Of a stretch of DNA of 24,000 bases, positions 19,257-24,000 are shown piece after piece; the stretch's first letter is position 1, and the number at the start of each line of letters is the position of its first letter. The position numbers and the translations under genes are program-made. The DNA is from Acidihalobacter prosperus (GTDB taxonomy: Bacteria > Pseudomonadota > Gammaproteobacteria > DSM-5130 > Acidihalobacteraceae). The notes below the pieces were generated by a model. The model made no database searches. It was not told the DNA's origin and saw nothing but the letters and a program-made list of their open reading frames with translations. The stretch spans positions 89,397 through 113,396 of the forward strand of contig NZ_JQSG02000003.1 of NCBI RefSeq assembly GCF_000754095.2. The letters run 5' to 3'.

Positions 19257-19782
19257 GCCCCGGCCGAGCGTAGAACGGCGCGTGCCATGGCGCCTGCTGT
19301 TTCTAGCCGCGCTGCTGCCGGCCGCTGCCGTGGCCGCGCCGCCGGTGGCACGCGATGCGCCCGTGCATATCAGCGCAGACCGATTTCATTTCGACCAGAA
19401 GACCGGTGTCGGCATCTACACCGGGCACGTCCGCGTCACCCAGAACACCCTCACCATCGACGGCGACCGACTGACCGTGGTGGCGCCGCCCAAGGGACCG
19501 GTCGAACGCCTGACCATGGACGGCAACCCGGCCACCTTCAGCGACGTCACCCCCAAGGGCAAACCGGTCAAGGGACACGCGGCGCACATGCTCTACCTGC
19601 CGGACAGCCGGCAGATACAACTGCAGGGACAGGCCGAACTGAGCCAGGAGCGCAACACCTTCAGCAGCACGCATATCGTCTACGACACGAAAAATGGCGT
19701 CGTCACCGCCGGTGCGCCTGGGCATCGCGTCGAGGCCACGCTGGTGCCCGATCAGGGCACGACGGGAAAATCCGCGCCATGA
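19225..19782 (+). CDS. lptA: LPS transport periplasmic protein LptA
   Basis: OstA-like domain ([39 protein letters not shown]). GTG 19225 has an AAAGGA SD 8 nt upstream but overlaps lptC by 32 nt. GTG 19282 would give a cleaner signal peptide ([19 protein letters not shown]). Confidence 0.85.
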   Translation: MSTPAPPRSPEPRPSVERRVPWRLLFLAALLPAAAVAAPPVARDAPVHISADRFHFDQKTGVGIYTGHVRVTQNTLTIDGDRLTVVAPPKGPVERLTMDGNPATFSDVTPKGKPVKGHAAHMLYLPDSRQIQLQGQAELSQERNTFSSTHIVYDTKNGVVTAGAPGHRVEATLVPDQGTTGKSAP

Positions 19783-20504
19783 GCGTGCTCGGCGCCAGTG
19801 GCCTGACCAAGCGCTATCGCGGACGCGACGTGCTCGGCGGCGTTTCCCTCGAGGTCGGCAGCGGCGAAATCGTCGGCCTGCTCGGCCCCAACGGCGCGGG
19901 CAAGACCACCTGCTTCTACATCATCGTCGGTCTGATTCAGCCGGATTCGGGGCGGATACACCTCAACGATCAGGACATCACCCGCTTCCCCATGCACGCC
20001 CGCGCACGCATGGGCGTTGGCTATCTGCCGCAGGAAGCCTCGGTTTTCCGCCGCCTCAGCGTCGAAGCCAACATCCGCGCCGTACTCGAACTGCGTGACA
20101 ATCTCGACCCCAGGGCACAGAATGAAACCCTGGAAAGTCTGTTGGATGAATTGCAGATCGGGCATATCCGCGCCAGTCGCGGCTTCAGCCTCTCGGGCGG
20201 TGAGAGACGACGCGTCGAGATTGCGCGCGCGCTGGCCGCCGACCCGGCCTTCATCCTGCTCGACGAACCCTTCGCCGGCGTCGACCCCATTTCGGTACTC
20301 GACATCCAGCGGATCGTGCGACACCTGAGCGACCGGGACATTGGCGTCTTGATTACCGATCACAATGTGCGTGAAACCCTCGGCATCTGCCAGCGAGCCT
20401 ATATCCTGAGCGAGGGTCATGTGCTCGCCGAAGGCGCGCCGGAAGACATCCTGCACAATCAGAAGGCCCGCGAGGTCTATCTGGGGCAGGACTTCCGACT
20501 CTAA
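19779..20504 (+). CDS. lptB: LPS export ABC transporter ATP-binding protein LptB
   Basis: 241 aa. Walker [10 protein letters not shown], signature [15 protein letters not shown], Walker B ILLDEP. Its ATG overlaps the lptA stop (ATGA). Confidence 0.95.
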   Translation: MSVLGASGLTKRYRGRDVLGGVSLEVGSGEIVGLLGPNGAGKTTCFYIIVGLIQPDSGRIHLNDQDITRFPMHARARMGVGYLPQEASVFRRLSVEANIRAVLELRDNLDPRAQNETLESLLDELQIGHIRASRGFSLSGGERRRVEIARALAADPAFILLDEPFAGVDPISVLDIQRIVRHLSDRDIGVLITDHNVRETLGICQRAYILSEGHVLAEGAPEDILHNQKAREVYLGQDFRL

Positions 20505-20569
20505 CAACATCCCGTAGACCGATGATGACCATTGCGTTAAACGCGGATTCAAGATAAACATCAGGCGCG

Positions 20570-22030
20570 ATGATCAAGCCATCCATTCAACTCAGGCTGG
20601 GGCAATCCCTGGCGATGACTCCCCAGCTGCAGCAGGCGATACGTCTGCTGCAGTACTCGACGCTCGAGCTGCAGACGCACATCCAGGAAGTGCTCGAGAC
20701 CAACCCCATGCTCGAAATCGACGAGGACGGCGGCCGGGGCGAAGGCGCGGACGGCGAACCGATCAACGGCGAAGCCCGCGAAAGCAGCGCCGAGGACAGT
20801 CCGTCGCAGGACACGATTCCGGACGAGCTGCCCGTCGACAGCGCCTGGGACGACATCTACGAACCGCCCTCCGCGGCCGGCTCCGCACCCTCCGAAGGCG
20901 ACGACCGCGACCCCTATGAGTCGCAGAGCGGAGACGGCGAATCGCTTGCGGACCATCTGCTCTGGCAGGTCCACCTCGCCACCATGAACGAGCAGGACCG
21001 CCTGATCGCCATGACCCTGATCGACGCGATCGGCAACGACGGCTATCTTCAGGAAGACCTGGAAAACATCCGCGCCTCGCTCGCGGATCAACTGCAGACC
21101 GAACTCGAGATCGAGGACGTCGAAGCCGTACTGCATCTCGTACAACGGCTCGATCCGCCCGGCTGCGGTGCGCGCAACCTGTCCGAGTGCCTTGACATAC
21201 AGCTCTCGGAGATGCCGAGGGACACCCCCCGGCTGGCATCGGCGCGGCATCTTGTGCAATCGCACATCGACCTGCTCGGCAACCACGATTTCAAGGCACT
21301 GATGCGTCACCTGGATCTGGACGAGACCGAGCTGCAGGAAACCATCGCACTGATCCAGTCGCTCAACCCCCGCCCTGGCGCGCAGATCAGCAACAGCCGC
21401 CCCGAGTACATCGTCCCCGACGTGACCGTGCGCAAACAGGGGCAGCGCTGGCGCGTGGAGCTCAACTCGGAGGTGGCGCCGCGCCTGCGCGTGAATTCGA
21501 CCTACGCCTCGATGGTCCGGCGCGCGGACAGCAGCGTGGACAACACCTACATGAAGAATCAGCTGCAGGAGGCCCGCTGGTTCATCAAGAGCCTGCAAAG
21601 CCGCAACGAAACCCTGTTGCGCGTCGCCACCGCCATCGTCGAGCAACAGCGAGGCTTTCTGGAATACGGCGAGGAGGCCATGAAACCGCTGGTGCTGCGC
21701 GACATCGCCGAACAGGTCGAGATGCACGAATCGACCATCTCCCGCGTCACCACCCAGAAATACATGTATACCCCCCGCGGCATCTTCGAATTCAAGTACT
21801 TCTTCTCCAGCCATGTCGGCACGGCCGACGGCGGCGAGTGCTCGGCCGTCGCCATACGCGCGATGATCCGCAAGCTGATCGAGGGCGAACCCGGTGACAA
21901 GCCCCTGTCGGACAGCAAGATCGCCGACCTGCTCGGCGAAAAGGGCATCCAGGTGGCGCGCCGCACCGTGGCCAAGTACCGCGAGGGCATGAACATCCCG
22001 TCCTCCAGCGATCGCAAGCGCCTCAACTAG
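20570..22030 (+). CDS. rpoN: RNA polymerase sigma-54 factor
   Basis: 486 aa. Region I reads [21 protein letters not shown] and is followed by an acidic region II. The C-terminal HTH reads ISRVT..KY and the RpoN box reads [10 protein letters not shown]. Confidence 0.96.
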   Translation: MIKPSIQLRLGQSLAMTPQLQQAIRLLQYSTLELQTHIQEVLETNPMLEIDEDGGRGEGADGEPINGEARESSAEDSPSQDTIPDELPVDSAWDDIYEPPSAAGSAPSEGDDRDPYESQSGDGESLADHLLWQVHLATMNEQDRLIAMTLIDAIGNDGYLQEDLENIRASLADQLQTELEIEDVEAVLHLVQRLDPPGCGARNLSECLDIQLSEMPRDTPRLASARHLVQSHIDLLGNHDFKALMRHLDLDETELQETIALIQSLNPRPGAQISNSRPEYIVPDVTVRKQGQRWRVELNSEVAPRLRVNSTYASMVRRADSSVDNTYMKNQLQEARWFIKSLQSRNETLLRVATAIVEQQRGFLEYGEEAMKPLVLRDIAEQVEMHESTISRVTTQKYMYTPRGIFEFKYFFSSHVGTADGGECSAVAIRAMIRKLIEGEPGDKPLSDSKIADLLGEKGIQVARRTVAKYREGMNIPSSSDRKRLN

Positions 22031-22138
22031 ACTCAGATTATGGCGACTTCACACGTATCCTCGACCTTGCGCACCGCGAAACACCTGCCGCGGGCCGGCC
22101 GGACCAGGGAGCACGGTCGGGTGCGAGCGTCGACATCA

Positions 22139-22206
22139 GGCGGCGGGGGATGCCGCCCCTGGCCGCGAAAGCGGCCGCGGGATGGCGCCAGCCATGACGG
22201 CCCCGC
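22139..22206 (+). other. Cluster of three adjacent GC-rich hairpins in the rpoN-hpf spacer
   Basis: H1 is GGCGGC (22139-44) / GCCGCC (22052-57 offset corrected: 22152-57) with a 7-nt loop. H2 is GGCCGC-GAAA-GCGGCC (22161-76), a perfect 6-bp stem with a GNRA tetraloop. H3 is GCGGG (22177-81) / CCCGC (22202-06), enclosing ATGGC-GCCA-GCCAT (22182-95). Read directly from the sequence; no folding energy was computed. Confidence 0.4.
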
Positions 22207-22252
22207 CCCCCACATGGGCACATAAGACATGGCCCTCAACGAGGAGTATCGT

Positions 22253-22573
22253 ATGCAAATCAATCTGTCCGGGCACCATATCGAGCTGACCGACGCCCTG
22301 CGCAGCTATGTGAGCGAAAAATTCCAGCGCCTCGAGCGGCATTTCGACAACATGATTGACGTCCACGTGATCCTCTCCGTAGAAAAACTGCGCCAGAAAG
22401 CCGAAGCCAGCCTCAATCTCAGCGGCAACCAGCTCTTCGCGGACGCCGTCAGCGAAGACATGTACGCCGCCATCGACGCACTCGTCGACAAGCTCGACCG
22501 GCAGGTCATCAAGCACAAGGAAAAAACCAAGGACCACCACAAGGCCGAAGCGACCAAACGCACGGCCACCTGA
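22253..22573 (+). CDS. hpf: Ribosome hibernation promoting factor (short HPF/YhbH type)
   Basis: 106 aa from ATG 22253, with a GAGGAG SD 6 nt upstream. MQINLSGHHIELTDALRSYVSEKF..LERHF is the typical HPF N-terminus. The track ORF start at 22229 lacks an SD. Confidence 0.92.
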   Translation: MQINLSGHHIELTDALRSYVSEKFQRLERHFDNMIDVHVILSVEKLRQKAEASLNLSGNQLFADAVSEDMYAAIDALVDKLDRQVIKHKEKTKDHHKAEATKRTAT

Positions 22574-22597
22574 AAACATCGGGGCGACACCTGAACC

Positions 22598-23062
22598 ATG
22601 CAGATAGGCGAACTTCTCACCACCGAGCGCATCCTCAGCGGTGCCGACATCCACAGCAAGAAACGGGCGCTGGAAGCACTGAGCGAGCTGCTGGCCCAAG
22701 GCGGGCAGGTTTCCTCGCACGAGGTCTTCGATACCTTGCTCGCGCGCGAACGCCTCGGCAGCACCGGCTTGGGCCATGGGGTGGCGATCCCCCACGGCCG
22801 CATGACCGGGCTCAAGGAGACGCAGGCCGCCTTCATCAAACTCAGCGGGGGCATCGATTTCGATGCCCCCGACCAGCAACCCGTCGACCTGCTGTTCGCG
22901 TTGCTGGTGCCGGAGGATAGCGCCAGCGAACACCTGGAGACGCTTTCCAGGCTGGCGCAGCTGTTCAGCGACCCGGTCGCCGTGCAACAGCTGCGCACTG
23001 CCGATGGCAGCGAAGCCACTCTGGGACTGCTCAGCGACTGGGAAGCCCGGCACGCCGCCTAG
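22598..23062 (+). CDS. ptsN: Nitrogen-related PTS enzyme IIA (EIIA-Ntr)
   Basis: 154 aa. LGSTGLGHGVAIPHGRM contains the phosphorylatable His. It is in the conserved position after hpf. Confidence 0.92.
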   Translation: MQIGELLTTERILSGADIHSKKRALEALSELLAQGGQVSSHEVFDTLLARERLGSTGLGHGVAIPHGRMTGLKETQAAFIKLSGGIDFDAPDQQPVDLLFALLVPEDSASEHLETLSRLAQLFSDPVAVQQLRTADGSEATLGLLSDWEARHAA

Positions 23063-23070
23063 GCGACGCC

Positions 23071-24000
23071 ATGGAAGCCAATCTTTCAGCGGCTGCCCTC
23101 TACCAAGCGCTCGGCAAGCGCCTGCAGCTCTCCTGGCTGTCGGGACGCGACGGAGGCGTACACCAGCTGTCCGCCGCCGACACGCACTGGGGCGGCGCCA
23201 CCCTCGTCGGACATCTGAATCTGGTGCACCCGCATTGCGTCCAGGTGCTTGGCAGTCGCGAGTGCGCCTATCTGCGCCAGCTCGACGACGACGCCCGCGA
23301 ACAGGCCTTGCGGCAGATGTTCAACGGCGAAAGCATTCTGATCGTGATCGGCGGCGGGGAATTCCCGGACGAGCGCATGATCGGGCTGGCCGAGCACGCC
23401 GGCATCCCGCTGTTCGCCTCGCCACTGGCCACCCAGGAACTCATCAGCACCCTGCGCTACTACCTGAGCGAGACCCTCGCCGAAACCGCCACCGCACACG
23501 GCGTGTTCATGGAGGTACTCGGCACGGGTCTGTTGCTGACCGGCGACAGCAACGTGGGCAAGAGCGAGCTGGCGCTGGAACTGATCACCCGCGGCCACCG
23601 ACTGGTCGCGGACGACGCCCCCGAATTTGCCCGCATTACCCCCGACACCCTGCAGGGGCGTTGCCCGATGGTGCTGCAGGACATGCTCGAGGTACGCGGC
23701 CTCGGCATTCTCAACGTGCGCGCGATGTACGGCGACAATGCGATCAAGCTCAACAAGTACCTGAGGCTGATCATCGACCTGCGCCACCATCACGGCGGCC
23801 ATCATGCAGACGAGCACCGGCTGTACGGCATTACCCGGACCCGGCGCCTGCTCGGTGTCGAGATCCCCGTGATCGAGATTCCCGTCGCCCCCAGCCGCAA
23901 CCTGGCGGTGCTGGTCGAAGCCGCGGTGCGCAAACATCTGTTGCTGCAATCCGGTTATGATGCGGCCGACGACCTGATCCAGCGCCAGCAGGAACGCCTC
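23071..24000 (+). CDS. hprK: HPr kinase/phosphorylase; 3' end lies outside the window and the gene is absent from the supplied ORF track
   Basis: My own translation from ATG 23071 gives 310 codons with no stop before the window end. AHGVFMEVLGTGLLLTGDSNVGKSELALELITRGHRLVADDAPEF and LEVRGLGILNVRAMYG match the HprK/P P-loop and signature region. The track ORFs at 22863..23960 (+) and 23086..23949 (-) are other frames of this gene. Confidence 0.88.
   Translation, partial: MEANLSAAALYQALGKRLQLSWLSGRDGGVHQLSAADTHWGGATLVGHLNLVHPHCVQVLGSRECAYLRQLDDDAREQALRQMFNGESILIVIGGGEFPDERMIGLAEHAGIPLFASPLATQELISTLRYYLSETLAETATAHGVFMEVLGTGLLLTGDSNVGKSELALELITRGHRLVADDAPEFARITPDTLQGRCPMVLQDMLEVRGLGILNVRAMYGDNAIKLNKYLRLIIDLRHHHGGHHADEHRLYGITRTRRLLGVEIPVIEIPVAPSRNLAVLVEAAVRKHLLLQSGYDAADDLIQRQQERL

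Noticed and set aside
20561-21814. 417-aa minus-strand ORF
   Set aside because: It is antisense to rpoN and has no recognisable motifs. This is a shadow ORF.
22040-22225. 61-aa ORF inside the rpoN-hpf spacer
   Set aside because: It has a Gly/Arg/Pro-rich composition, no SD and no recognisable motif. The region is better explained as structured non-coding sequence.
23539-23562. HprK P-loop reads GDSNVGKS rather than the usual G.SG.GKS
   Set aside because: It still satisfies the general Walker A pattern GxxxxGK[ST]. A single substitution is not enough to argue for loss or change of function.
22136-23960. Track ORFs 22136..23053 (-), 22863..23960 (+) and 23086..23949 (-)
   Set aside because: These are alternative frames or strands of hpf, ptsN and hprK. 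The real hprK frame (from 23071) has strong P-loop and signature motifs, whereas these translate to R/P/G-rich junk.

Overview
Visibly GC-rich proteobacterial chromosome. The gene order matches the gammaproteobacterial (E. coli / Pseudomonas) core, and conserved housekeeping genes fill almost the whole window. There are four blocks. (1) 1-4.7 kb: the 3' end of a GlcD-like FAD oxidase converges on sspB-sspA, followed by petA-petB-petC (cytochrome bc1) on the minus strand. (2) 4.9-13.3 kb, minus strand: nif3/ybgI, hisD, a class-I DAHP synthase, hisG, murA, and mlaB-C-D-E-F. (3) 13.3-16.1 kb: the only non-syntenic stretch. It holds a short orphan with weak DUF72/YecE-like motifs (minus strand) and a translationally coupled pair on the plus strand, a luciferase-like (LLM) flavin oxidoreductase and an SDR epimerase/dehydratase. 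(4) 16.2-24 kb, plus strand: yrbG-kdsD-kdsC-lptC-lptA-lptB-rpoN-hpf-ptsN, then an HPr kinase/phosphorylase gene. That gene runs off the window end, so it is missing from the supplied ORF track. I found no tRNA, rRNA, CRISPR array, transposase, integrase or recognisable defence gene. I see no compelling evidence for a new multi-gene system. The best leads are the 13.3-16.1 kb insert, the long hairpin-dense rpoN-hpf spacer, a two-helix C-terminal extension on cytochrome b, and a DAHP synthase sitting between hisG and hisD. Many long ORFs in the track are antisense or out-of-frame shadows typical of GC-rich DNA, and several real genes start well inside their track ORF. All homology calls come from reading the translations by eye; no searches were run.
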